DNA from: Octopus sinensis
Lineage: Eukaryota
Direction of reading: 5' to 3'
Assembly: GCF_006345805.1 (NCBI RefSeq)
Contig: NC_042998.1
Span: forward strand, 78,058,001 to 78,122,000
Length of the DNA: 64,000 nucleotides
The notes beneath the pieces were generated by a model. The model saw nothing but the letters and a program-made list of their open reading frames with translations. It made no database searches and had not been told where the DNA came from. Positions 26,796 to 38,820 of the stretch are shown here, piece by piece. A program made the translations under genes and the position numbers. Numbering within the stretch: position 1 is the first letter of the stretch; the number at the start of each line of letters is the position of its first letter.

Positions 26796-28216
26796 GGATG
26801 AGGATTATGCTAAAATGACAACAACGATTATAACTTGTATCGAGAAAAAGTAAAGCAACGAGGCAGAAAAAGAAAACAGGAAGAATTCTAACTAAAAGAA
26901 ATCTATTAATCAGACGTCTAGGAAAATAAAAGAATATATTTCTCTTTAAAAGATAAAGCGTTAATCGCCAAAATGAAAGTTGTCAACAACAAACGTCATT
27001 TTTATATGGCAAGACGAAACAAACGTTGTTGTTGTGTCAAAATATAGTCACAACGGACATGTATATAAGCTAACAACAAAAGTTTACAAATCGCCGGAAA
27101 CACAAAATTCCAATACGAAACAAATATGAAATCACAACGGAAAAACAATGAAATCGTACAGACAGCATAAAATCTTTACGGAAACAACATACAATTACAA
27201 CGATAATTTATAAAACACTTAGAAAATGAAAAAAAAAATTTTTTTTCAACGTAAACATAAATTCATTACAAAAACTTGACATCGTAACGAAAATAAAATC
27301 AAATCAGACACGTAGAAAACCAATAACTAAAACATAAAATTGCAACGAATAAAATCAATTAAAATGAAGCAAAATACATAATCAAAATTCTTTTGTTGTA
27401 ATTTTGCTGAGAATATGGAATAAAGACTAACAAGAATTAAACGATATTTTTATACGCTTGATCATCAATGTTAACTGTTGTTATGGTTTCTTAGCCGTTG
27501 TTTTTGTTGTCCCAGTAAACATTGCTAATAGCGTCATTTAATTTTGTTTTTGTTGCGTCTATTGCTGCTCTTGAAATTTTTTCAATTGCTACAACTGATG
27601 TGTATATCATTAACAGGTCTTAGTTGTTGGCATTCTAATAAATTAGTCTATACGTTTTACATTTTTGTCTAGATGACAGCGGTGGCGTTAGTATTGGCAG
27701 TGCAGGGATGACGACTTCAGTGGCTGCATATAGTAAAAAGGACAAATGTTTCTTTCATTGACTCCCAGAAGATTTCAGATTAAGAGACGTAATATTAAGA
27801 TGAAGACAAAAGAGAGGCGTGGTCTATATTAAAAAAAACTGAAGCAGTTATTCAAAAGTAAAAGTTTCTTTTGAGCGAATATGCTCATCCACTTATATGC
27901 ACATGTATATGAAATGATAATGTGGGGCTGTGATTAAGAGGTTTGTTGCATTTGCGGGTTTGTTGGGGTATACATGAATACTCTTCAAGTTGTGTGCTTC
28001 TCTGTTCCAGATTTTAAGCTTAAATGCACTCGATAGCTATAGCTGAATTCATTGACAAGAGAAGAAAATGGAAACAAATACGAAATATACTTTTAGTTCA
28101 TTTTCTTGTGAAATGCTGTTGTTATGAATAATTCTTAAAAGTGGAAAGATAAAATTGGAATTTATTTCTAAAATATTAATCTTACACGCACACACACAAA
28201 TACACAATTATATATA

Positions 28217-28286
<70 letters not shown>

Positions 28287-28334
28287 CACAAATAAATGTA
28301 TATAAGTTTATATATATATATATATATATATATA

Positions 28335-29410
28335 CTGGCTGGCTGGATCCTGAGAACGTTCAGAACCAGAAGGAAGGAAACCATGAAGGTCCTCTGGAGG
28401 ACATTCGTCCACAAACGCTCGGATTATTGCTGCTTCCAGCTATGATCATCCAACAGTGTAAAATTAACAGAGGACCTTGAAGCAATCCAGCGAAGCTTCA
28501 TAAAGAAGATCGTCTCTTTAAAACAGCTCATCTACTGGAAAGACTCTACTCCCTGGAGAGAAGGCGGGAGTGATAATATCCCAGCAATGCCAAATATCCC
28601 ACCAATGCCATCGCGCTACAGGACCAGTTACTGCAACAGCCTGGTTTTCAGGTGCCTAGAGCTTTTAATATTCTCCCAAAGAGCCTGAGGGACCTCTGCA
28701 AAATGGAATAATGGAGTTTGATGTATCTACCTTCATTTGCACCTCTTGCCAAGAGGTAGGTTCGTCTGGGACTCTCGACAGAAAGAGGTCCACCCCCTCT
28801 CCCAACATCTTCCAAATAAATATCAGCGCTTATCTCTCTCGTCTTCTCTCCGGAGGAATAGAGACTCTGCTCCTTTAGCCTCTTCCAGTAGCACATCTTT
28901 TGCATCGAAACGATCTTCTTCCTGTATTGGTGCTGGATTGCTTCGAGTTCCACAGTTTGTTTCACACTCTCTGGAGACCATGATTGTGAGAAGTCCAAGC
29001 GACTGAGAATGAATGTATTCCATCGGGGCAGCAAGACTCCCTTTTCCTGGTTCTGAATCTCCTTAGAATCCAACCAGCCACTCGCTTGCACAGTGCAGCC
29101 ATCTTGGTAATATGCATTGGAATGTTGCATCATTGCACATATGAACCCCCAGACCATGCACCGACTCTGACTGTAGGACTATTTTACTTTCTGGTTTAGT
29201 GTATTCGGATTTTAGCCTGGAGTTGTGCTGATAGTGGAGTGCCTGAAAGTCCATAGCCTTGAACAGCATTATATTTTTGTTAGCCTATTTGTAGATTTCA
29301 TTCATGTCTTTCTGCAGTGCTCTGGGTTCCTAACTACCTGCGATAACTTTGGGTCATCAGCATAACTAGTCCGATTGGCTGACTGTACCTCGGAAGGCAA
29401 ATATGTGTGC

Positions 29411-29443
<33 letters not shown>

Positions 29444-29691
29444 TGTATGTATATATGTACTTCTCCCCAAAGTGTTTTAGTATTGTCCCAAAGAACCTGA
29501 GGGACCTACACAAAGTCGATGTACGTGCTTTCAAATCAAAACTAGACCTCTTTCTGTCGAGAGTCCCAGATGAACCTACCTAGCGACATCAAACTCCTTT
29601 GTTCACCAAATGCTACACAGAGGAGGCTTTCAATAATAACAGCATAACAAAACGGCAGTGCCCCAGCATGGCCGCAGCTCTGAGCTGATAC

Positions 29692-29695
<4 letters not shown>
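28335..29695. mobile_element. Three CR1-type LINE 3' fragments (28335-28730 plus; 28735-29340 minus; 29455-29695 plus with 3' UTR)
   Basis: [48 protein letters not shown] motifs. Confidence 0.85.
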
Positions 29696-29744
<49 letters not shown>

Positions 29745-29804
29745 CATAGATTTTTTTAAAAATTTCATTTCATTTTTCAAAAATTTAATTGTTTTCTATA
29801 ATTA

Positions 29805-29840
29805 CAATTGAAAAAGTCTCAATGACCGAAACCGGCACTT
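29805..29840 (+). ncRNA. Decayed minimal hammerhead motif (U3-A8 core) in a roughly 145-bp PLE terminal remnant between (TA)n tracts
   Basis: TTGAAAA-agtc..gacc-GAAAC-cg-GCA; homologous to 34094-34129. Confidence 0.55.
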
Positions 29841-29886
29841 AATGCTTTCTATAAAATTATTTTAACATTTTCTACCTTGAATGTTT

Positions 29887-29954
<68 letters not shown>

Positions 29955-29957
<3 letters not shown>

Positions 29958-31025
29958 ACTCGTGTGTTCATTTTCAACTTTCTACATATGATTACCCCAC
30001 ACGAGATACAGAAAATGCCGACGAAAACAGACAAAATCACTACCATAAATGAAGCCCCTGCAAAACCCACAGCCTTAGTAACATTTTAGATAGCCTCTTA
30101 AAACCATTCCTCAAGCATGTAAAAAGCTACATAAGGGACGACCTGAATATGCTCAATCACCTTCCTGAAATTATACACAAAAACACCCTACTAGTATTCT
30201 TCGATGTAGCCAACCTCTATTCCAATATCTCCCACAACCTAGGACTAGAGGCAATTCAATTCTGTCTAGAGAATTACACCAACGAACTCCCACATAGCAT
30301 CAAAAAAGATTTCGTGATAGAAGGGATAAAATTTATCTTGGAGAACAACTACTTCGTCTTCAAAGACAACTTCTATCGATAATTATCGGGGACTGCGATG
30401 GGTACGAGAATAGCCCCCTCCTTTGCTAACCTAGTCATAGAATATCTAGAAAGTAGTCTTTATCGTAAGGTTCTAGAAAAATACGGCACCCATTCTCCCT
30501 CTACATAGAAATTGGCTGGAAGAGATACCTCTTCTGTTTCAATCTTTGGCAAGAAAGTATAGAGAGACTTAAAGAATTCCAAGCACTTATAAATGGACTT
30601 GACGTAAACATTCAATTCACGATGGAATATAACCATCAACAACTTTCTTTCCTCGACATTCTCATTAAGAAATCTAACAACGTAATAGAAGCAGATATAT
30701 ACTATAAGCCTACGCACTCCAATCAATATCTAGCATTCAACTCATGCCACTCCAAACACATCAGAATGAATATCCCTTTCAACCAACCCCAAAAGTATTA
30801 TAGTTTCTAATGCAAGGACCAGGGACACACGACTACATGAACTAAAGGATACACTCATCACCAGTTACTACCCACCTTCACTAATTGACATATGCTCTCA
30901 ACATGACCTACAACTCAACATCCACGAACTCAGAATCCCAAATTTAAGGATTCACAACCAAAAACCCTACCATACATCTCCACACACAACCCTATTAACC
31001 ATCCTTCAAAATATTCCCCTGCTAC
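29955..31025 (+). mobile_element. Decayed Penelope-like element RT fragment
   Basis: FDVANLYSNI, GTAMGT, LSFLDILI, YYKPTHSNQYL; homologous to ORF 35713-37368; (TA)n flanks. Confidence 0.9.
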
Positions 31026-31046
31026 ATATACATACATACATACATA

Positions 31047-31093
<47 letters not shown>

Positions 31094-32039
31094 TATATTA
31101 TATATATATATACATATATGTATATGTACATAATATGTATATATATATATATATGTAAATATTACTATTACATATATATATATATTATATATACACATAA
31201 ATGTATAATAAAGAAACGCTCCAATAGTTCAAAACAACTTTGTCGCTTCCCCATATCATAATTCGAATATAAATACATATTGAAAAATATATTAAAACAT
31301 CCAATGGTAAAACCCAGTGGTATTAAATATATCCATATATACTAAATTCTGCTGAATAAGGATCTCATTTTGTCGAAATCCCTGGTTCAGATATTGATAT
31401 TGTACTTGCAGCAAGGAAGACTCTCATTTCTTTCAATGAGCAATACTGGATGAGAAGTAACACTCTCAGCTATTTTGATATTATGATGGGGTCTTCGGAT
31501 TCTGTACCGGTGACTGACCTGCTGGGCCTATATCTCCTTTCCGAAATTACAGCTAATTTTCTCCTTTTAGACGGTGGTCTCTACAGGGATGATGCGCTAT
31601 TTACCGCGCGTGACATTTCTAAAACAGCGCTTGAGATGATGAGGAAATTTTTGATGCGACTTATGAAAAACCAGTTTGGGCTTAGCATTGTATTCGATCC
31701 TAATTCTAGGGTAGTAAACTTCTTAGATGTAACCCTTGATTTGAACACAGTTCTATTTTACCCTTATCGTAAACTTAATATAGATATTGTCACTGCTATA
31801 TCAATTAGGGTGTTGAATTTATCGGCAAATGAGCAAATTTTTGATAAGCATACAACGAAATGCAATAATGCCCTGGCCTTAAGTGGGTTTAGTAGGAAAA
31901 TATTTTATATAGAAGAAATGCTGAAAAGGAATGGGAACGACGTAAATGTGTCCCCTCCTAGCGCGACTACGAAGAGGTCGCAAGAATAACTATACTGTAC
32001 AGAACTTACAGTGTAAAACACCAACGAATAGAGGTCGCG

Positions 32040-33220
32040 CCTAAATCAGAAGTTGGAAGGGCTTTGAGGCCCATATGGAATGAAATAAAATGCCTCACTA
32101 GAGGAAGGAAATTTGCAATAATGGAGGTGTGGTTTGCGTCAGAGTTTGTGGCTAGGTAGCATCTCGTAATTCCCCTCAAGACGGAAGGGGTGATCCTTCT
32201 ACCTGGGAAGACCTGCTTCTAGGGTAAGGGTAGAAGAGATCTCTCTTGAGGTAGATGTCGCCTGGCTGCTAGCTGCCATCCTTTTGGGATTGGAGGACAA
32301 AATTGTGGTCCTCCTGGCCAAGAGAGTGTCTACAAATAATTGGCAAGGGCAGGGCCTGATAATGGCAACCCAGGCCGCCTCAAAGATTTAGAAAGGATGG
32401 TAGAAATCATCACAGTCGGTGAAGACGTAATGTTGAGAGTCATTGTGGAGGGCAGGACGCCCCGTTGCTTTAAATGTTGCGAATAAGGACACATTAAAGC
32501 AGAATTCCCTCCACCCAACGCAAGGGCTCCAAATGAGAAAACCGTACCTCCACCACAAGCGACGTGATGTGTGCGCGGGGAAGTACCAGAGAAGGGAGAA
32601 CAAAGGCAAGAAGAATAGAGTACACAAGCCCAAAAGAGGAAAAAATTAAAAAGAACTGAGGGAAAAAATGTGAACCACCACCCTAGTCCCAACCGACTCC
32701 TATCGGACCCCATGCTTTCCCACCCTCCCACTGTAGTCACCAACCCTCACCCTGCCCCCTCGTGACACAGACAATTGCACACACATCCAGGTACCCTAAA
32801 TCCCCTAAGCCTCCCTAAAAATTGGATTACGCGACAGCGTACAATAAAACGAGCAAAAATCTGAGAACAACTAAAACAGGAAATAAACTCACATGTGAAC
32901 CCCGGGTGCATCCTGGTGAGTGATAAGCAGAACTGCCTAATCAAAAAATACGGAACTGAAATTTTGGATCTAAGAATGGAAACAGAGATAATCCAATTAA
33001 GTAAGTTTCCACCAAAGGTGGACTTTAAAGATTTATATATGAATTGTTTAAAAGGGCCTTAATGAAGTCGTTCAAATGTAGAGTCGAGTGGCTTTCATTC
33101 CATTTCATTGTTCTTTTTCATCTTGTCCATTCGTTTACCTTTTTTTGTCCCCACTTTTGTTTGTCTGTCTTTATATTATCCACTCTATGTTTAGCCTCTT
33201 GTTGGCATTAAGAGAAATCA
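32040..33220 (+). mobile_element. Tx1-related ORF1-only element nested in the PLE
   Basis: MEVWFASE..LKTEGVILLP..VEGRTPRCFKC..GHIK is colinear with ORF 16598-17104; followed by a Tx1-type tail tgtttagcctcttgttggcattaagagaaat. Confidence 0.75.
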
Positions 33221-33259
33221 TAGTTTCACAACCAGAAATGTGAGACCTTTTGTAACTTT

Positions 33260-33350
33260 TCTCCTGATGAAGAGGTCCTTGCCTTTGAATTTTCTTAATG
33301 AATTTTACATTGACAAAGTGAGGCAGTATCTTTTGAAACGATTGTAGAGA
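33260..33350 (+). ncRNA. Type I hammerhead ribozyme motif with extended stem II
   Basis: tctc-CTGATGA-(agaggt..tgcct / aggca..atcttt)-GAAAC-gatt-GTA-gaga. Confidence 0.8.
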
Positions 33351-33887
33351 TGGATTTGAATGGACTTTCTTCTGGTTACCACTTAGCCCTTTATTTTTAT
33401 ATTTATAATTTATATTAATATTTTAGTATCATTGTTTTAAATGTTTATCGCTTTTATTATGTATTAATTTAATCCATATAATTTTCTTTATTCGGCTTCA
33501 CTCGTATTACCTTTTTAAGTTTTATCACCTTTCATTCGTATATATGTGTACATTTTATGCTATTGGGTTTTACCCTTGGATGCCCTGATGTTTCAGTATA
33601 TATTTATATTCGATTTATGATAATATGGGAATGTTATACGTTGTTGTGACCAATAGGAGCGTTTATTCATTACACCTTTCAATTTATTTCCCATTTCGCC
33701 TCGGTGTTGCCTAGGCACTTCCATCTGCAGTCTTATTTGTATTCTTCGGTTTAACGAAATTGCTTTTCGGTTTAATAAAATTTTAAAATTAGCCTCATAT
33801 ATATTTCAACATGTGATCTCTTGAGCACCACCAGCAAAAAAATTTTTTTCGTCTGTCTTCCCTTCTCGGGATCTTTCCTTCTCCTTT

Positions 33888-33922
33888 GTTTCCGACGAAG
33901 AGCTCCGCTCGAAACGTTAAGC
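33888..33922 (+). ncRNA. Minimal hammerhead-like motif, U4C variant
   Basis: gttt-CCGACGA-a-gagc-tcc-gctc-GAAAC-GTT-aagc; lies in a small element ending at (TA)n near 34020. Confidence 0.62.
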
Positions 33923-34093
33923 CCTCCTTCCCATCTTTCTTGAGCGTCAAATAATACTTTAATTGTTCCACGTCCTCGCGTTGCTGTGTTTTTTTCTGTG
34001 TTTTCTTGTTTGGATTAACTATATATATATATATATATATATATGGAAAAATGTCAAGATAGTAAATGCTAAAATTTTTTTATAAAAACATTT

Positions 34094-34129
34094 CAGTACC
34101 GGTTTCAGTCATTGTGACTTTTTCAACTG
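34094..34129 (-). ncRNA. Minimal hammerhead motif, U3-A8 variant
   Basis: Minus strand cag-TTGAAAA-agtca-caa-tgact-GAAAC-cg-GTA-ctg; stems I and II pair perfectly. Confidence 0.75.
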
Positions 34130-34257
34130 TAACAATTAAATAATTAAATTTAGAAAAATTAAAAGAAATTTTTTTTTTAAAAGAATATTTGTATAATGCT
34201 CAAATACAAGTGACATCTTCCTTGTTTCTGCCTGTCTCTGTCTCTCTTGTTTACTCT

Positions 34258-34313
<56 letters not shown>

Positions 34314-34327
34314 CATACATACATACA

Positions 34328-34379
<52 letters not shown>

Positions 34380-34518
34380 GATCAATAAATGGTGGGGTTG
34401 TGTTGACCGCACGTGGAGAAATGATAAGTACGGAAAAATTTTTTTTAAAATGCAGAATGCTCAAATGAAAGAAAATTTTAATAAAATGAGAAATTGATAA
34501 AATATATAAATATATATT

Positions 34519-34559
34519 TATTCAACCGGTTTTCGTCATTGTATGACTTGTCAAGAATA
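34519..34559 (-). ncRNA. Hammerhead-like motif (U3-A8, one extra A) in the PLE 3' UTR
   Basis: Minus strand tattc-TTGACAA-gtcat-aca-atgac-GAAAAC-cg-GTT-gaata. Confidence 0.68.
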
Positions 34560-35192
34560 TTTATGTTTTAAGAAGTTTTTTTAAAAATTAGAAAGGGGAA
34601 AAAAAGAAAATTGCATTGTTTTTTGTAAAAGAATAATGATAAAAATGTACAAAAATTAAAAAATAAGTTCTCCGATACATTGTGAGTTCGTTGTGTATCT
34701 TGAGTTTTATGGTTGTTTACGAAAAAATTACCTTGAGGTGTTAAGATCCAAAGGGATTAAGAGCATGTGTTGTGTTGTGTTGTTAAATTCAGCATGTTTG
34801 CAGGACAGGAAGTAGTAGTAATTGTGGTCCTGGTTCTTCAGTTCCTGTGTTGTGAGTAAGGGGAGACAACTCTTTTGAGTTCTTCAATAAAACCCAAATT
34901 ATAAAACTATCATTTTAGCTTCATTTGCATTATCTTTTTTATATAATTGCTTGTTAACTTAACTTTCAGATTTTAACACTTTATTTATATTATTTTCTAA
35001 TAATATAAATCTGCATAGACAATTGCATTTCAAATTGTCATATCATTTATAATAAAAATGATAGTAATAACACCAATAGTAAAAATGATATTTAAAGAAT
35101 ATAAGTTTTAGCTTGAAGTGATGAATGCATGGTATCTTTATATATTTGTGTTAGTCCATCCATGAAGAGTGAGGTAGAGAAAGGAAGTTTGA

Positions 35193-35681
35193 TCAACGAG
35201 GAGTTTGCATATTAAGTTGTGTTTGGAATTTTTCAATAAAGAGATTCTCCTTGTTAATTCTCTCCTGTGTGGTGATCCCGTCTTTACATTGGTAGAAGGG
35301 GAATATATAGAATTTGGGGTTTAAGTCTTTAGCACATGAGTCTAAGTGGTCACTCAGTGGAATTTGTCGGTATTCCGGGAGATTTATTTGTTCTTTATGC
35401 ACCGTTACTCGTTTACGTAACGGGAGACTCGTTTGTCCAACATAATTATGTTGGCAACCAGCGCATGTGAGAACGTAGATAAGGTTCTCGGAGGAACAGG
35501 AGAAGTTAGTCTTGATTTTAAACTTCGTACCTTGTTTGAAGGTAAATTCAGAGCCTTCAAGTAGAAAGGGGCAGGTACCACAGTTTGAGCGTGCACATTT
35601 TTTTACTGTTGGGGGTGGATGTGGTGTGTGAAGTTTGGCATTTGTCAAGAGGTTTTTAAAGATTTGTGTTGCCTTTTGCAT
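35193..35681 (-). CDS. PLE GIY-YIG endonuclease domain (frameshifted from the RT)
   Basis: KKCARSNCGTCP, NLIYVLTCAGC..YVGQT..LRKRVTVH, KENLFI, LN motifs. Confidence 0.9.
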   Translation of the reverse strand: MQKATQIFKNLLTNAKLHTPHPPPTVKKCARSNCGTCPFLLEGSEFTFKQGTKFKIKTNFSCSSENLIYVLTCAGCQHNYVGQTSLPLRKRVTVHKEQINLPEYRQIPLSDHLDSCAKDLNPKFYIFPFYQCKDGITTQERINKENLFIEKFQTQLNMQTPR

Positions 35682-35712
35682 TTGAGGATTTTGTGTGTAT
35701 TTATAATGTTTT

Positions 35713-37368
35713 TCATTTTGGGTCTGTTGACAGTAGACTGAGGTTTTGTATGATTGTGGTGTATGCTTCGATATTTTTGGGGTTGTGGGTGGAAATGTAT
35801 GGAAGTATTTTGAGGTTGTGTGTGGTGTTAGGTTGGGTGGTTTTCAGTGTAGTGTTGTCTAGTTCTTTGGCGCGTTTTATTCCATACTCTATAAGGGTGG
35901 AGGGATATTGACGTTGTAATAGTATTTTTTTGAGGTCTTGAAGGCGTATTTCTCGTGTTTTTGGATCCGAGACAATGGTGCATACCCTTTTAGCTAAATT
36001 GAAAGGGATATTTGTCTTGGTGTGTTTTGGGTGGCATGAACTAAAGAGGAGGTATTGTTGTGAGTCTGTAGGTTTGTGGTAGATGTCTGTTATGATTTGG
36101 TTCTTAGGTGTTTTTATAATTATGAGATCAAGGAATGGGAGATGATGTTTGCTTAATTCCATAGTGAATTGGATGTTGGGATGTATGTTGTTTAGTATGG
36201 TTTTGAATTCCAGGAGTTTTTCATAAGGTTCTTTCCATATGATGAAACAATCATCTAAATACCTTTTCCAGTTTTCCATTAGGTAGGTGTGGAAAACATG
36301 TCCAAATTTCTGGCTTGATATTTCATAGAGTGACAGTTCGAAGTAACCCATTATGAGGTTCGCAAGGACTGGTGCAGCCTTGGTACCCATCGCAATGCCA
36401 CATTTTTGACGGTAGTGTGTGTCGTCGAAGAGAAAAAAATTGTTTGTCAGAATGAACTTAAGAGATTCTGTAATAAAAGACTTGTTAATGCGGTTAGGGA
36501 ATGTCTCTGGGTGTTTTTCTAGCCAGAAGTCAATTGCCTCTATACCATACTCATGTGGAATGTTGGTGTAGAGGTTGATGACATCAAAGGATACCAGGAG
36601 TGCCTCCTCGTTAACTGTTTTCGGGAGGTGTTTGAGCATGTCCAGATCATCCCTAATGAAACTTTTGATGTGGGTAAGGAAAGGTTTCAAAAGGATGTCT
36701 AGGAAGTTACTCAGGCGGTGTGTTTCACAGGAGGTACCAGCCACGATGGGCCTTAGTTTTAGGTCCTCCGGTGCTTTGATGTTGATGTGGATGTCAGTGG
36801 AGAGTTTGCAGGCTTCGGTGATGTATTTGTTTTTATGGATTTTAGGAAGGCCATAAAAAAGGCTGGGCTTGCATTTGAAAATGGTGATATAATCCCTTTC
36901 TTTTTCTCTGAGTCCCTGACCGTGTTGGCGTATGAGTGTGGTGAGGTTTCTGATTGTTTTTTGCTGTTTGTAGTTGTTAATAACCTCATAGAAAATGTTA
37001 TTGTTAAGCATGGAGAACACTAGGTGTTTATAAAATTCCGTGTCCATAAGGACCACAGCACTCCCTTTGTCCGCTTCTTTGATGGTGAGGTTTTTATCCA
37101 GTTGTATGTCACGTAGGTTTTCCCATTCTTCCTTACTGAAATTGGATTTTACCTTGGTTTTGCTTGGGGTAAAGGGGAGACTCTGGATGTGTTTACAGAA
37201 ATCGTCCAGTGTTTTATTTCTCCCTTTTGGTGGTAGGAAGTTGCTTTTATTTCTGATCAATGAGTCGTCCCCATTGTTGATATCTGTCAAAGCTTCTGTT
37301 AGGCGAAGTTTTCTGCAGAATTCAGAAACGTCATCCTTGGGTGTTCTTGGGGTGGGTGTGAATTTCAA
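35713..37368 (-). CDS. PLE reverse transcriptase (the frame stays open upstream to about 37524)
   Basis: ADKG, FYGLPKIHK, LRPIV, FDVINLYTNIP, GIAMGT, RYLDD, LPFLDL. Confidence 0.95.
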   Translation of the reverse strand: MKFTPTPRTPKDDVSEFCRKLRLTEALTDINNGDDSLIRNKSNFLPPKGRNKTLDDFCKHIQSLPFTPSKTKVKSNFSKEEWENLRDIQLDKNLTIKEADKGSAVVLMDTEFYKHLVFSMLNNNIFYEVINNYKQQKTIRNLTTLIRQHGQGLREKERDYITIFKCKPSLFYGLPKIHKNKYITEACKLSTDIHINIKAPEDLKLRPIVAGTSCETHRLSNFLDILLKPFLTHIKSFIRDDLDMLKHLPKTVNEEALLVSFDVINLYTNIPHEYGIEAIDFWLEKHPETFPNRINKSFITESLKFILTNNFFLFDDTHYRQKCGIAMGTKAAPVLANLIMGYFELSLYEISSQKFGHVFHTYLMENWKRYLDDCFIIWKEPYEKLLEFKTILNNIHPNIQFTMELSKHHLPFLDLIIIKTPKNQIITDIYHKPTDSQQYLLFSSCHPKHTKTNIPFNLAKRVCTIVSDPKTREIRLQDLKKILLQRQYPSTLIEYGIKRAKELDNTTLKTTQPNTTHNLKILPYISTHNPKNIEAYTTIIQNLSLLSTDPK

Positions 37369-37783
37369 ACCTCTTGCTAGGATGTTGATTTGGGTTGGTG
37401 TCAGTGTTTTGCTGGAGAGGTTTATAATTTTTGTTTTATTATTTTGGGTCTGTGTTAGCGGTGGTGTTTGTATTTTTCCCCTCTGTCTAAAAAATGGTTG
37501 TTGAGGTAAGGGGTGTATTCTTTGTTAAAGTTCTGGTTGTATGTGTGGGAGTGTTTTTGGGTGGGGAGGTTGGAGGGGGGTAGGTAGTTGTCGTATTTGT
37601 GTTGGTATGGGATGCGATGGTGTAAGGATTTGTGAGAAATGCGATGGGTTTGTGGGTGTGTGTCTGGTAGATTGTATGGGGGGATGTAGGGGGGTATGTA
37701 GTTGTGGTGATTGGGTTCGTGTGGGATGTGAGGGTTTGGAGATCTGTAGGAGATGTGGTAGGAATGTGGTTGTTGGATGGGTG

Positions 37784-37815
<32 letters not shown>

Positions 37816-37821
<6 letters not shown>

Positions 37822-38237
37822 AATATAAGAGAGTGGTCACTATATGGCTCACTCTAGCACCAGTTAATCCAAAAGGTTTCAACCACAAAAATACATGTTT
37901 CCCATGAAAGTCAGTACGATTGTTAGCTCACACGGACAGGGCAAATAAAAAATAACAAAAATACAGATTATTTTGGGACAATTGTTTCGCTATTAATGAA
38001 TTAAATGTAATTTTACTTACAAAAAAATTCATGGGAAACATGTATTTTTGTGGTTGAAACCTTTTGGATTAACTGGTGCTAGAGTGAGCCATATAGTGAC
38101 CACTCTCTTATATTTATTTTGTAAAAATATTATAATATATTATAAAATATTATAATAATCCAGGTTTCTCGGAGCACTAGGCCACTTGGTGTTGAATAGA
38201 TATACTATTAAATTAGTATCTAATTCTCTCACCCTTA

Positions 38238-38243
<6 letters not shown>
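37816..38243. repeat. Fold-back element with 93-bp inverted arms (37816-37908 / 38028-38120) between (TA)n tracts
   Basis: Arms are reverse complements; the right arm continues about 120 bp before (TA)n; a hammerhead 3' half GAAAC-aatt-GTC lies on the minus strand of the spacer. Confidence 0.9.
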
Positions 38244-38274
<31 letters not shown>

Positions 38275-38771
38275 GTATTATAAATATATGTAACTGGAGT
38301 TGTCAATGCCAGTTGTCAATGTTCCACAATTGACAACTGTGGCGAAGTAGTTGGATTTATCCTTTTAATACTGAGGGGCTCCAGCAGGCCGAATCTTACG
38401 AACTGTAATTCGACCGATCAGGATGTGGCTTCGATGTTACGGTTTGGTGTGCGCGCCAACTTAGTTCTAATTGTATTTCGGCTAATCAGCTTGTGACTAA
38501 GACGTCATGATTTGGAGGACACGGGAAGTATTCTTTTCTTTCATCGCACCTAAAGGAATAGTTGTTTGGTTATACTTTGGAATGTTCCAAACATACCTGC
38601 TTTCATTGAATTCTATTGTTACTCCAGAAACTTTTACATTTGAGTCGAGTCCATGTTTATCTGCTCAACATTACTGCCATCCGCCCATCGCTTTATTATT
38701 TTGTTCTTTTTTGTTAGTGTTGGCGGTAGTAGCAGTAGTAATAGCAGTAGTATTTATTATTATTATTATTA

Positions 38772-38817
<46 letters not shown>

Positions 38818-38820
<3 letters not shown>

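Larger units (their letters stand above)
31202..33800 (+). mobile_element. Decayed PLE of a second clade (GLYRDD-type RT) with an inverted 3'-end copy at its 5' side
   Basis: ORF 31450-31989 MGSSDS..GLYLL, GLYRDDAL, VNFLDVTLDL; diverged inverted repeat 31202-31340 vs 33540-33675; hammerhead at 33260. Confidence 0.82.
34380..37786 (-). mobile_element. Young 5'-truncated Penelope-like element (Neptune-like) in (TA)n
   Basis: RT plus Cys-rich linker plus GIY-YIG-type nuclease; hammerhead-like motif in the 3' UTR; (TA)n at both ends. Confidence 0.93.

Noticed and set aside
37816-38120. Fold-back elements as classical MITEs
   Set aside because: The arms are asymmetric with a one-sided extension, carry hammerhead remnants and show no diagnosable TSD; a PLE origin fits better, though a MITE is not formally excluded.
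38368-38410. CTGAGGG..GAATC hammerhead look-alike
   Set aside because: Two core mismatches and no convincing stem I.
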